64,000 nucleotides of DNA from Dimorphilus gyrociliatus (lineage: Eukaryota; Animalia; Annelida): the NCBI GenBank assembly GCA_904063045.1, contig CAJFCJ010000024.1, positions 987,777 through 1,051,776 on the forward strand, written 5' to 3'. The notes beneath the pieces were generated by a model. That model had not been told where the DNA came from and made no database searches. It saw only the letters and a list, made by a program, of their open reading frames with translations. Position numbers and translations under genes: made by a program. Positions 13,253 through 27,400 of this stretch are shown here, piece after piece (position 1 is the first letter of the stretch; each line of letters starts with the position of its first letter).

Positions 13253-14617
13253 TTTTTGCGAAAGCAAAACCATTCACCAAAATTTGTTCTATTATTGCAT
13301 AGTCCAGGAAGCGCGCCATTTTCAAATTAATTTTCAAAGAATAGCAATTTGATATCCTACAAATATTTACTGAACTATTAGCGGATATTAAGAGAGCAAA
13401 CTGTAAAAATGTCGAGAGCAAAAGAAAGCAGAACATATGTTGATCGTCTAATACTGATAAAAACCGATTCCCGAGATAAACTAGTCGTTTTTGCAGATAA
13501 CGAGAGGGTTTTCGTTTTCCAGATTTTTCTAAAAATAAATTCCAGCCTGTTTTGTAAAAATACGCTTCTGTATAAGAGGAATGTTTATAAAAGTTAAAGT
13601 AGGCCTGAAAGATCGTATGCGAGGAAATTTACAATTTCGATAATATCGTATAGGATTCCTAAATAAAGACGAAAATCAAACAGACGTTCTCCCCTGAGAT
13701 GAGTAAGCGTCGTCTGTGAGAAAATTGATGGATGACAGTCATTTATTATGCAGTAAGAAAGTAGGTCACGACGTGCGTTAGACCGCAAATGTTTGTTTTA
13801 TTGCGGTTCGTTGAGAAAACGAGCTACATTGTAAATCGTCACAGATATTACGATAATTAGAAGATAATCTGTCGGCGCTTTAGAAGTTACAATGTAAAGT
13901 GAAACCGTAAATGATATCTCATAAAATATTTAGATGTCTATATTATCTGAACACCTAATATATTCATCTAATTTGCATATAAAAATGTCAAATGGGTAAT
14001 TAAAAGAGTCATTTTCCCTTAATCGAACAATAAGCTCTTTTTTAAAGCACATGAAAATTTTAAAGGTCCATTAGTCTTATCATCCATATCACAAACAAAT
14101 CGGATAGTTTCAATACAAAATTATGATATTTTTCTCCCTTTTTAAGCAATCAACTCAACTTTATGCTTTATAGCAAAGGTTACAAAGTTCATCTTTAGCA
14201 TATAAAAGTTTAATAAAATGTCGATTTTATCTATTTTTAACAATAGGCACTCTATTTTTCTCTGTTGTGCCAATCAATCATAATTTTTGACAGTAAAAGA
14301 GAAATATACTAAAATATTAAGTTAAACAGCAAATATTTTGACCTACCTTGAATAGAAACAAAGAACGAATACCAACATTTGTATACTTAACCCTAACTAA
14401 ATTGTTTTTCTTATAGAATCCTAATATTTCTGTATGAAAATCAACTTTTCCTGATAATATTTACATAATTACCTATTTATAACCAATTGTTTATTAAGAT
14501 AATACCTTAAATTGACCATTATTTCACCTATCAAAACGTGTATAATATCTATATACATTTCAATGTTTATATTAAACAAAATTTATGACCACGAATCTCC
14601 TGTAACGCCACCCCCCC

Positions 14618-14670
14618 ACTACTCTCTTACTACTACCACTACCACCACCACCACCAGCACACAACCACCC
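14618..14670. repeat. (ACT/ACC)n trinucleotide low-complexity tract
   Basis: Direct reading; it accounts for the poly-Thr in the short ORF at 14512-14760. Confidence 0.8.
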
Positions 14671-16156
14671 ACTCCCCTATTCTCCCCTTCATCTTTTCCA
14701 AACAAAATAAAAATAAAAATGAAAAGGGTAAAAATCCTAGGAGTTGTTTTCCACCTTTAGATAATATCCAGATGTTAGAAAAAACAGGTTTATCTCAATT
14801 CAAAGCAATTTGTCATTTATAAAAAGAAAAATACAGAAAATATAGATATGATACTAAAGATAATATCAATATTATTATATATCAGAAATGTTAAAATAGA
14901 TGAATGAATAAGTTTTTGCTTTCTAGACAATAAACACTTTTTACAAATAACTTTTAGTAGTAATATTACCAATGTTGATTCTTTATACAAACTCATCCAA
15001 TTATTTAGTATAAGGCAATATCCTAAAGCATTGAATCTAGTAAACCCATAAATCAAGTGCATGCAAATATATACTCTATAAAGGGAAAAACAGAATATTA
15101 CCAAATATAAAAATAAGCTGAATTTTCTGTTTCAAATACTTTTGTTGCTCGTATTTTTTTCCTTTTATTTTATAAACAATAAGTGCATGTATATAGATAA
15201 ACCATTCGAGCCAACCAACCGTAACTAAGCATGCAATTATAGTTCCTTTGACTTGAACATGATACGTTCTGCTTATAATTAAGTATATATATCAAATATA
15301 TATATATATATGTATATACTGTATATCGTGTAATAATCCATATATCATATATATTAGTATTAATATTATTGCACCAGATATTTTTTACGGTTGTACTGCT
15401 CGTAAAAAGGGAAAATTATTTAGCCTGCATTGTATATAATCAACTCGAATCAGTCTATAAATTGTCAATCTTTATTTAATCCTCTTTTTATTAGATAAAT
15501 TCAATAGACAAACCTAAATATTGCATATAGAAAAAGGATAAAGGCAATGTTTTTTTTCTTTTTATTGTTATAAACGCATGATGGATGGAGAGTAAATATT
15601 CTTTTTAGATGTAAGATAGACCCTTTTATAGAGTGAATAGTAACGGTAAAAGGGTCTTCTTATAGTCAATAAACAACTTTGTAAAAGATACCATCTTTTT
15701 TTTTAATTCAACTCTATCTGAATGATAATAGAAGACCTTTGGAAAAAGGCTTTTTATACTCGAGAAGAGAGGAGTGAAAAAAACAAACAATGTTTGAAGT
15801 TTTAGAATACGCCTATACAGTGTATATGCATAAACAGGTATATATATATATATAGGCTATTTCATTTTGATTTATTTATTTGATTACATCATGCAACACT
15901 TATCTAACAAAAGAATGTATAAAAAAATTTTTTAAAAAGAGACTAACAATTAATTTTCATCTACAAAGTCTAAACAAGGAAGAGATGTACTAATCAATTA
16001 GCAGAAAAAAAAAACTCAAATAGCAAGCCAACATTTACAGTACAAAAATTTCTTGTGTTTTTTTTTCTTAAAAAGAAAAAAAGAAAAAATAAAAGACTGC
16101 GTATTCTCTTTTTTGTCCTTTTTTTTGTTTTTGTTCCTTTTTTTTGCTTCTTTCAA

Positions 16157-19100
16157 TTATAAATTAACTGGAGTTCTAATGTATGAATTTGTCATAGGCC
16201 TAAAATGTGTTGAAGTCGGTGGTAATTGATAAGTATGTCCAGTAAAACCAGTTCTGCCACTCGAACTGCTGGCTGGTTGTCTTAGAGGTTGAAGAGTTTG
16301 AGAATTTGGCTTATTTGGAGCACTTTTACAGCATAATACTCTACGCCAAGTGTATAATGTTTTAAATGACCAAATCCACATACCAGTTGTTACTCCAACA
16401 ATTAATTGCATAAGAATTCGAATTACGAATACTATAACTTCAGGTATTGAAGCTTGGAGCGCACAATGACTTTGATGTGGGCAAGGTCTCAACATCATTG
16501 CCTTCGTTCGCCATTCTTCCATATAAGTGTATTGGTAAATATAACAGGCCAATACGACGATAGTAGGAACGGTATAAAAGACGGCAAACAAGCCTAATCT
16601 TACCATAAGCCGTTCCAATCTTTTAATGTTAAGTTCATTAGGATAAGAAGGATCGGGGGGAGGATGTCTCCTCAAGTTGAATAGACCACAAAAACCGGAT
16701 AAAATAAATAAAGTACCGATAACCAATAAGGCTGACAACGGTACGATAACGAAACCCAAGAGGGCCGTACGATCATGACCACCAACATAGCATAAATTGG
16801 TTAATTGCTCTCCATCCACTTTTCGTGCAACTATAGCAACAACTGTGGGAACAGCCGGTAAGACCCAAGCCACTATGTGAAAGTAATTTGAGAGTTTGGC
16901 GATAGATTCTTTACCCCATCCTTTTCTGGCGGCCAGGAACCATGTAAAAGTAAGTATGGTCCACCATATTGCACCAGCCATTCCAAAGTAATATAAAAAG
17001 ATGAATATGACTAAACATACTGGCTTATCAAAACCATCTTGAAGCGTGTATAATCTGTATATATATAGAGAAAAGAGATGAGTAAAGTTAAATAATATAT
17101 GAAAATATTAAGAATTCTATAACAAAACACATAAATTATTTGTTTATATAATATCAAGATAAACTCCTTCTACTCAAATTATTTCTTTACCTAAAAGAAA
17201 AACTTTGGCTTATAAAATCAATATAAATTTACTCTCTTTCTCTCTCTCTTTGTTTTCTCATGTTTAAGCATATTATACAATAGAAAGCAAATGAATACTA
17301 TATAACTCAAGTTATATAAGATCAATGTTATTTCTTGTTCTTTACTATTATAGCGTAGAGGAAAGAGTGGGAAAAAATCTGTAAATTTATCTTTGAAACA
17401 AGTCAGAAGTAAAATTTTCAGCAAACTACTTCCATACTTTAATCTTTCCCCATTGCTTTCACTCTCTTTTCTGCTATCTATATATCCTGCTCACTCACTC
17501 GCTAACTCTCTCTCTCGCTCTCTCTCTCTCCCTTACTCACTCTCTATTTAAACGATCCTGTTTTAACCTCTACAATCATTTTGTATTTATATCTCTATCT
17601 GAAAAAATGCAGAAACATAAAAAATAACAACCTGTTATTTTCTTTACCACAGGCAGTCGTCTTGACAATAGCTCGAATTATATACGGAATTGCATAGGCT
17701 GCGTAGCAAAATGCTAACATTACTACGGGTCGTTCTGGGAACGGAAATCTTGAAGCGTCCAAAGCAAACGTGAGTACGGTCAAGAATGATGTAATAAAGC
17801 AGACAGTCGCCCAGGCAGTCATCCAAGATTTGGCGAACTGTCTGTCTGTTTCTCTGAATAGCACGTCTCTATCACATGCCATAGCGCATTTCTTCGTCTT
17901 ATTGGACATCGTCGGTACATAGACAAATCTATCTGGACAACGATTTATTTGATTCCTAGCTGAGTCAGAATTTCCAAAAGTATAATAATCGTCTCTGTTT
18001 CTACTGTCTTTGCGTCTGTGATCATTCTTTCTCATATCTTTAGAAGGTGGTTGCATGCAAACTTCTCCATCTTGGTTTTCTTCGGAGATAAGGTCCTCGC
18101 ATCTATTTAAAATGAAAAGAAATAATACAAATTTTAGAAAATTTGCTTTGGTAAGATTTCTAAGAAAAGCTTTGTATATTAAAACTCGAAGCACACAAGT
18201 AGACAGAAAACCTTTAGAGCGATGAATAATACATAAGATTGATCAGTTACAGGACTTAAATACAGCCTCCAGCTATGCAGAGGGTTTTCAACATAAACGC
18301 TTGGACACTTAACGGTCAAGGGAGGAAAAGTTATTTTTATCCATTTGGTATAATGGATAGGTTGCGTAGGACTCCCGCTGTTTCAAGAAGCCCATTTAAG
18401 AGTAAATCATTAATGTTCACAGTATTCGTCCATAAAATGGGATATATATATGTATATATAGGGGCTTTTACGTGAAAAAAGGAAAGCTATAGTGATATAT
18501 ATCTTTTAGCCAAATCAGGTATAAAATCCAACGGATAAACGGTTCTTCTCCTTAGTTTACAATAGAAAAAAATTTAAAACTGTGAATAGAAGTCATCAGC
18601 AAAAGAAAGAGCCCATACTATTAGCCCTTCTCTTCCGGAGTCAATATAACGGTATAGAGAATAATAGGTATATTGACTATACTAATAAATTTGTTACCTC
18701 TTCAATCTTCTGGGTGGCTTCTATTCAATATTGTTTGGAGATACTTTTTTAAAAACTTGATTCAAATAGTCAACTATTTTTCTAGAAAATATTTCCCAAA
18801 ATAAGGACAAAATTTGTGTTTTCTTCAACTTTTAATAGGTAATTATTATATCAAGCTAATATAGAATTTTTACAGTAATGAACTGTAAATATAGCTTAAT
18901 GCCTATTCTATACTTATACATATTTATATATGTTTGTGTTAAATGTTTATATATATCTATATATATGTATATATGTCTCAATTAACTTGAAATACAATAT
19001 GGCTCTAAGACATTTGTTTGGTTTTTTTTCATTTCTTCTTACCCGCTATAATATTACTTCAGTCTTTAAAAAGACAAGCAAAAAAAGCAAAACAAAAGAG

Positions 19101-19907
19101 CGATCTTATGAATAATCTGTTACGTTTCTTCTTAATATTCTTTAAGGAATCGATTGTTTCTTTATAAAATACAAAGTTTAACTTGATAGCCTCTCTTGAC
19201 AAAACATTCTTAACTTTGAAAGATTCTCTCTACGAAGAGTAAATTGATGTTATGGTAAATTGCTAGAAGAATAATAATAATATAATGGCTTAACAGAGAT
19301 AAATCCAGGTCTACCAATGTAATAACAATTTTCTAGGAATTATTAAGTGGAGTTACTACAAATGAATTCTTTTCCTAGGCCAGTCAGAAGCAATTTTAAG
19401 TGTGACTCAGGAAGTCAATATACAGTCATCAAGCATAACACATACAAGCATGCATAGTTATAAAGTGTATATATATATATATATATATATATTTCTTTTC
19501 TAAATATACCTAATAGCAGCTGGCCAAATAACTCCAAAGACCTTCAGAGTAGTCTCACAATCCTTTTTGACTTCTTCGCATAGTTCTCTACAAGGTCTTA
19601 CGACCATCGGTTTTGGAGGATATGCATCCGAGCACATTGGAACGACAACAGCACACAAAAAGAACTTTGCATGATCGTGGCATAACGAAGTTGATTGTTT
19701 GGTCATTCTGACCAGATGCATCACAAAAGCATTTTCCGTTTCTGATTGAGCCGTGTGTCCAAAAACATTCGGCATTAAAGTATAATTATAACCAACATTT
19801 TTACAGTCATTAATTGTTATTCTCTCGCATTTTCTGTATTTAGAGGAAAAGGAAGTTGTCGTCTGAAAAATAACGCAGAGTAGGAAAAGAGATTTAACTA
19901 TTTCCAT
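16157..19907 (-). CDS. Frizzled Wnt receptor (Fz4 or Fz9/10 clade, unresolved); exons 19907-19510, 18102-17632, 17054-16157
   Basis: Signal peptide, 10-Cys CRD, a RFxxPERP-type ICL1 motif, LYYFGMAGAIWW in TM3, RLERLMVRLG in ICL3, and the KTxxxW Dishevelled motif (KTLYTW). Confidence 0.95.
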
Positions 19908-20639
19908 CTTTTGTCAAGTATTTCCTCAGATCTGTCTTATAGCATGTTGAAGAGCCTTGATTTTTATCGAAAACGACTGAAATAGGTCTAGAACGGTTAA
20001 AATCGAGCGTTGTAAATCCTCATGAGTCGTTCACAAAGAAATGAATCTCATTTGAATATTTTTAGCGAAACTAGCGACATCTGTTTGCATAATAACATTA
20101 CACTATATTTTTATCATTTTTTTCACTTAGAAGCATTTTATTTATAATTTTCTATTTAAAAATGTATAAATTATTTTTTTTATCTTTTCTATTAAATAAA
20201 TATTGTGAGTTAGTAGGGACGCCTAGGTAACTTCCGGTGCATTTTGAAACGAGCTGGCTATTCTATTATAGCTCACCGGTCCGGATAATCTAGGCCGTTT
20301 AAAGCTCTAATAGTAACTGGCTAATAGTTCTTATTCTGTATTCAAAGTGATACGACAATAGGGAATACAGGAGTATCTTAGCTTACGTTAATCCTTAAAT
20401 TTGTTATTTTTTGTTGCATAGTTAAACCTTCATGCGAAAAAACTTTCTTTCTTTGAATAAATCTTCAATGTCGCGTTTTACAATTATGTAGATATATGAC
20501 CGTGTGCATTCGTTTGTGTGTAATTAAAGTTACTTTCTGGAGTTATATAAAAACCGGTCAAATGGAAAGTACTCTTGTAACCGGTTTGTTATCGCAACAA
20601 AATATCACTCCTTCCAACTTCTATAAATAGTAAGAGAAC

Positions 20640-22788
20640 ATGTGTTATAAAACCAATGATCTCTCTTGCGAAATGTTTAAAAATTGCCCTTCGAATTATG
20701 CACGAATGAGATTGGCTATCGAAAAAAAGATTTCGTCGAAGAACTCATCGCAATCTTTTAAAGATGATGGAAAATCAAACAATTTCCGGAACTGCGGTAA
20801 TAAAAAGTTTTCAAGGAAGCAATTCGAAGATGCTATTCTAGACTACAATATGGCTATTAGGTATGCTAAGACAAAGGAAGTACTGAGTATGGCTTTAGCC
20901 AATAGATCTGCTTGTTTATTTCATATGCAATTGCACGAAAGTTGTCTGAGGGATATAGATATGGCTTTAGTGGAGGGTTATCCTAAAGAGTTAGCCTTTA
21001 AACTTCTCCAAAGAGCATGCAAATGTTGCAAAGCTCTTGGACACAAAGACGCATATTTTCAAGCATACTTTAACAAGTTCAAAGTGATTATAATATAATT
21101 AATTATATAACATAAATAGTGATCGTACTTGAAAAAAATTGAATTAGTTTATAGCTAATTCCCGTTTATAATTGTAATTGCTTGATTCTTATTAATTAAT
21201 TGATTAATTATCCTATTATCGCTTTGAGGATCATTTAAAGTATATTAAAGATGGAGAGAAAGTTTTAGGAAATTTAGAAAAGGAATTGAAAGAAGTTACT
21301 CTATCTAAAAATTCGATAGATGAAGGATTTTTCTCAGATATACCATCGTTAAATAATAATAGGAATGCTAAATTTCCTAGTTTGTCTAAATCTGTAAAAG
21401 TATGTTATACAGAAGAATATGGGCGCTACATCGCAGCTGCAACTGATTTAGAATGTGGTGAATTAATCGTGGTGGAAAAGCCATATGCGAAAACTCTGTT
21501 AACTGATTGCACGTCTAGTCATTGTGATTACTGTTTACAACAAAGCTTTAACTTAATCCCTTGTAAAGACTGCCCTGATGTTCTATTTTGCAGTTTGGAA
21601 TGCCAAACTAATGCTCAGACTTATCACAAATACTTGTGTACATATTTAGAGTATTTACGGAATGCCGGAGTTGATAGAGCTGGTCTTTTGGCAGCGTATC
21701 TAGTCAGTCGGAAACCACTGACATATTTTATTAATTTTAAAGTTGAGTATGACGATAAAAAGTACAACTTTTTGCCAACTTTTTCGAACGATTCCGATAT
21801 CGATTACGTTTACGAATGGAATTCTTATCAAAATATTTTTAGCCTTAAAACTAACGAAGAGAACCGATCTGAACAAGATCTTTTAGATAGAATAAAAAAT
21901 GCTTTGATTATTACTGACGTATTTGAAAAATCCGGCTATTTTGAATCTCAACTAAACAATGAAAATAAAAGTTGGATTGGAGGTATTATTCTCACGCATT
22001 TACAAAATTTCCCTTGTAACGCTCATTCAATACACGAAGAAATTTTAACACCTGGCTCTAGTGCAATATCTACTGAACTTGCCGAAATTGGTTGTGGAAT
22101 TTATGCTACTTTAAGGTTTTTGGGTTTATACTATAAGCAATTACCTTTATCAGATAATCATTCATTGTTAGAGTTGTTAAACGATCTACTACCAATTTAG
22201 TAAACCCAAAAATCTTATTGTACAAGTCTCTTCAATCATTCTTGTACACCGAACGTTTGTCGAATAAATTATGGTGATGATATTTGCGTTGTTAAAACAA
22301 TAAGAGCTGTCAAAGCGAACGAAGCTCTCAATGGTAACTATGGTGCTATTTTTCAAGTTGACTTGAGGAAAGAACGTCAGAAGAAGTTATTAGATCAATA
22401 TTTCTTTTTATGCCAATGTGACGCCTGTAAATTTGATTATCCTTTGTTCGAGAATCTCCCCCAATTCATATCAGACCAACATTTTAAATGTCATCATTGT
22501 GGATCGAATGTAGAAAGTAATAAGTGTAAATCTTGTTGTGAATTTAATTCACTTGACTGGTTTCATACAAAAAAGGAACTTGTAGGAAAACATGCTCTGT
22601 ATACAACAGCATTTAATGATATTGTAGAAGATTGGGCGAATTGTAAGAAGAACGAAAAAATTGTCTTGAGCTATTTAATTAGTTTAGAAAATATTGTTAT
22701 TTGGCCAACAATTGAAGCGTCTTCAGCTCAGGAATCGCTTAAGAAGATATGGTCTGTAAGTGCAAGACATAGATTAAATTATAGATAA
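20640..22788 (+). CDS. SMYD4: SMYD4-like TPR-SET-MYND lysine methyltransferase, paralog A; exons 20640-21083, 21229-22115, 22227-22788
   Basis: TPR (GNKKF...ALANRSACLF), SET-N (GRYIAA...VVEKPY), MYND (CDYC...CKDC...FCSLEC...H...C), SET-C (SLFNHSCTPN, NYG) and post-SET (CQCDAC). Confidence 0.9.
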
Positions 22789-22913
22789 GGAGAACTTTGA
22801 GATTATAACAAGGAAAGAATAAACATGAAATAGCTGTTTGTTCATTTTGAATACGTTATATTGTTTATCTTTTATTCCAAGTATATTACAAACGAGTAGT
22901 ACTTACACAATAC

Positions 22914-25900
22914 TTATTCTGCATCATTCATTAAACGAACACCAACTAGCCTACTTGTGCTAGCTGTGGATGATTCTGAAACTTGCAGATCGGAGGTATG
23001 AGGTATGTTCCTAACTAATCCTACAGATTGCATTAATTCCCAACAAGGACAATCGCAAGAAAAGTTTTCCATTTTTAGTCTTAATTCGACTTGTTGTCTT
23101 GCAAATTCGTCGCTCTTTACATCTATATCTTTCATTAGGTCCTGCAAGTCCATTAAGTTATTTATAAAATTGTTTGTTGTTGAGTCCCTTTGCTTTATCA
23201 TCTCCATTAAATGATTTATTTCCTTTCTCATGGTAGACATATCGTTGTTAGCATCATCTGCAAGGAGCTTAGGAGATTCCCTTTCTAACTTTGTATCTTC
23301 TTCGAAGCGTGTAGATTTAGAATTCCAAAATCTACTTATTAAGCGCTTCATAACCATTTCATAGGTAAGTTTTTTACCTTTAGTATTATCAGTATCAAGA
23401 TTGTGTTTGAAAAAGCTATGATATCTGTCTATATCATCGCTTCTTGTTGACTTTAACGATCTTTTTAAACCTCTTTTTTTCTTATTTGGAGAGAAAAAGC
23501 ATTGCATGAAAATATATTTTATCCATCGACAAACTCTTATCAAAGTTTTTAGAGTGGGAATTACATTGAAAGGAACGCATAATGTGTCAGTTTGCATATA
23601 ATCCAAATAGAGTCTAGTCCTTGCATATTTCCATTCAATATCTTCATCAGAAGCAATACGATCGTAAGATCTAGTCATCATAGCTATCAGCATATTAATC
23701 AAGAGGATTACTGTAGCCCAATGATATATACCAAACATAATATAACCGGCAAAGACAGTAGGAGTCCTATAGTCCAAGTTGTTAGGATTGTTTTCACCAG
23801 CTATTTCGACGTCAAAGTAACTCGCCATACCGAATGTACCCCAGAAGAGTGTTCTAAAAGCCGACATAAAACTCCCAAACTTATAACCGGCATCCCCGTC
23901 CTCTCCAAATTGGAAACTTTTTACATCAAAGTCAACTTCAATAACGGACCTATTCTTTGGTGCAAAGTTCATGTAAAGTCTGACAAAGATGAGAATAAAT
24001 GATAATAAAGTTGTGATAAGGAGAACTGAAAATCTTATCATTTCGCCTCCCATCCTAACTAAACTAATAACCAATGGCCCAATATGTTCATTGGCGATAA
24101 AAAAGCTGAAGAAACTGAGAAACATTGATAAACAACCAACTGAAAAGCATATTTCTCCTATAATACCCAAATCACTGTCAGGCCACAATCTTCTATCAGC
24201 CGGAATATTACTCCATCTTCTCTCCGCTTCGCTATTATTTGAATAAAGCAAATCTCTCCAGGCGGTTGGCGTTCGATTAAAGTAATCGATGGCCTCTATA
24301 ACCCTTGCTCTTGTATATATCACGAAAACTATATATAGCATATACAATATCATAGATATCAAGCCGAAAACGTTGTACCAATTTCTCAAAAAATACACCA
24401 ATGTATCGTGATAAACAAGTCTACCGTAACGGAAGGCAAAACCGATAACAAGTATCATAATTATCCAAAAGGTCACTTGGAACGAATAATTGCGGATGAA
24501 TTCATCCCCCAACTTTACTCCGTCAATATCTTTAAACGGGTAAACAACTTCCCTCTTCTGTATGGAACTTAACGAACAATAATCTTTAATTAGTTGTCCA
24601 GAAGTTTTATTCCTAGCCATAGTTTGTTCGCTTAAGAAAGTGCAGAACGTTTGGCTTAGTTTTGGATGAGTACTGATCCGTGCAGCTGATCCGCTTTATT
24701 TAATTAAAATTATCATAAATTAGCATAATTTAATAATAGAAATAATAATAATAATAATAATAAGAGTAATAATAAATTAGCTTACTCAATATGATAGCTG
24801 GGATCTTCTCGAATAGAGTGGATGAGGATAATGATAACAAATCCAACAGATACAATTAAATTACTCAGAAATTTAACAATAGGGGTCTTTAAGAAAGTTT
24901 TAACCTTTAGTCTCTGTAATAATTGCATTATTATGAGTAATATTAGCGAGGATTTTATTTATAAAGAACAAATTTCTTACGGTATTGAAAGGATAAATAA
25001 GATAAAAAACTGTTGCAAGTAAATAAAGGAAAATGAATGGTATAAGGTTGAGAAATGAACAGAAAATGTTGGTATTGAAGAGATGCTCGGCCAGTGGATT
25101 ATCGTAAGTTCTAGTTTGAACTTTTCGTTGGACAGACGGGTGAACGACAAACTGTGTTGAATAATGAATAAAGATTATGAATAGTTCATAAATAAATGTT
25201 CTATTATTATATACTTTTTTAAGGCCATATTGAACTGCTAATTTTAGTCTTGGCATAGTGTTATTCGTTTCGTCGTCACTTTCATTATGTAAATTAATTA
25301 ATCCGCTTTGTTCTTTTAATATAACGGATAGCTCTTCCTGATGCCTTACTCTATCTAAGAGACGACAAACGAATCCCCCCAATTGGGTTTTCAATTGTTG
25401 ATATTCTTTCTAGATAAGTATAATTTAGATTTAGTAGGCAATCTCTTCTATCTTATCTATTCTTTTTTGTCTGCTGAATGCACTCACCCTAAAATGTCTT
25501 TCCGTAATAGATAAATTGTCCATTTTCTTGGCTAATTCGAATGATTTAAAAATGGGATCGCTCCTAAAACCTATACAGAGATAAGTATCCGAAGCCAAGG
25601 CTCTATAAACATTCAATTTCGTTCTACTGAATTTTAGCTCGTCGAGTTCAAATTTCCTTTTATTTAACACCCGTTCAGATATTCTTTCCGCTCTAGCATA
25701 AAGTAACTTTACAACAGAAAACTGATTCTTTTGCGAAGCCAACATTATCGGTGTCACATCAACCATAAACAGATTCGTATCTTCCCCAATATCGTCACTT
25801 CCATCAGTTTCTAAACCTTTAGTTTCTTTTTCAAAAGCGTACATTTTAATTTTTTCGTAAATTACGTTTGTCTTAATAAAATCCTCAGCTATTTTTGTCG

Positions 25901-26522
25901 ATCCACGACTTATGGCTAATAGAAGAGCATTGTATATATTCCAATTGTTACAAAAGTTTGATTTTAAAAGTATGTTCAAAACTATAATATTCTCGTGGAT
26001 AATAGCTTTGTGTAGAACGGTATGTTTATCGTCATTTTGGCAATTAACACAGGCTCTATCTTGATATAAGAGTTTAGAGATTAAACGACTATTAACATCG
26101 CCTTGATATTCAGCTATCTTGAATAATTGTACGGTTGAGTCGTGCTTCTGCTGTTTTTCACTGTCATCTAACTGAAAAAGAAGGAAAGTCGGGTGAAGAA
26201 GAGAGAAGAGAAAAATTGATATTAGCAAAACTTTCAATATTTCCCTCTTTCATATTTTTCATCTAATAACTGATAACACTTGACAACAGATTGTTTACTT
26301 ACCAGCTTTAAATTCAATATAATGAATAAAGTTAGGGAAGGTTGCTTGCATTTTTAAAATATTTAGTAAAGATATTCGGCTATTAAACGAAAGTTAATTT
26401 ATCAATAATTAAACTCTTTGTACCTTTGAACTACGGCATACTTTGCAGTCGTAGATAACTTCAACGTTCAAATCGGCTTCATCCCGATTTTGAAGAAGAT
26501 CAATTTGCTTTGATCTACTCAT
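22914..26522 (-). CDS. TRPC-like (canonical TRP) cation channel, multi-exon; the 5' exons near 26303-26522 are tentative
   Basis: Ankyrin repeats (VTPIMLASQKNQ), TRP_2 linker (SRTKLNVYRALAS...DPIFKSFEL), RLKLAVQYGLKKFV, KTPIVKF, pore LFW, LINMLIAMM and the TRP box EWKYAR. Confidence 0.9.
24730..24775. repeat. (AAT)n microsatellite in a TRPC intron
   Basis: Direct reading of the sequence. Confidence 0.85.
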
Positions 26523-27400
26523 CCTGCTTATATTCCTTCCGCCAAAATGTCAAAGAATACTGCAGAGGAAATAGTAAATTCAATACCATAACTTGCGTCA
26601 CTCTTCCCCTCAAGAACTAAAATAGTTTTTCTATACTCTTTTAACAATTTATAATCTATTCTCAGAGCATATTCTCTTATTCAAAGTTGGCCTACAGCTG
26701 CAATATTAGTCAAGCTATTGTAAAAATGATATTAAATTCGTTTTCTTACAACTTCTGCTTTTACTACAATTAAATGTATGAAAGAAAGTATAAATGATTC
26801 ATTAATAGAAATCTTAAAAAGTATCTTAAATCTCATACAATATAGAAAGATTGAATTTTTGTATCCTATCGTCAGGGTGTTACGAAGCCGTACAACAACA
26901 ACAATATGATTATCTGCGCTCTACTTAAACTTTCTCAGTCGGCTCTTCTCTTAGCAGTTAAATATAATTTTATTGTCAAAATTCGATCGTCACGCCTATG
27001 CTTTCTTCATTAACATTTTTAAAATCTTTTCAACGCGAATTAGGCGTATTCCACTTAAACAAAACAATCAAATACATGCTTTTATTACACTACGGTAGAT
27101 TTTTATAAACAATTTCTTGGTTTTTTTTAACAATATACTTATTCAGTTCTGAATGATATGAAAAAGCCTGAAATATAGACTTTAATCGATAGTTTAAATA
27201 GATGAGGCTCTGTTGCAAATATTTGGAAAGTGTGCACAAGACTTTTTTAAAGATCCCTAGACAAAATACTATAAGTAAATACTATCAAAAAAGCATGTTT
27301 AATTCAAAAATACGTCATATTATTGTTTTTCAAAATTACCATCAATTTAATTTTTATCAAAAAAACACTTTATTTTTGTTAAATATATAATCAAAAGACA

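Noticed and set aside
13826-13896. Multi-bulged fold-back with 10-bp outer arms (TACATTGTAA / TTACAATGTA)
   Set aside because: Large asymmetric loops make it unlike a pre-miRNA, and no RNA family motif is recognisable.
14512-14760. ORF with poly-Thr and Pro
   Set aside because: It is explained by an ACC/ACT microsatellite, probably in or near the Frizzled 3' UTR.
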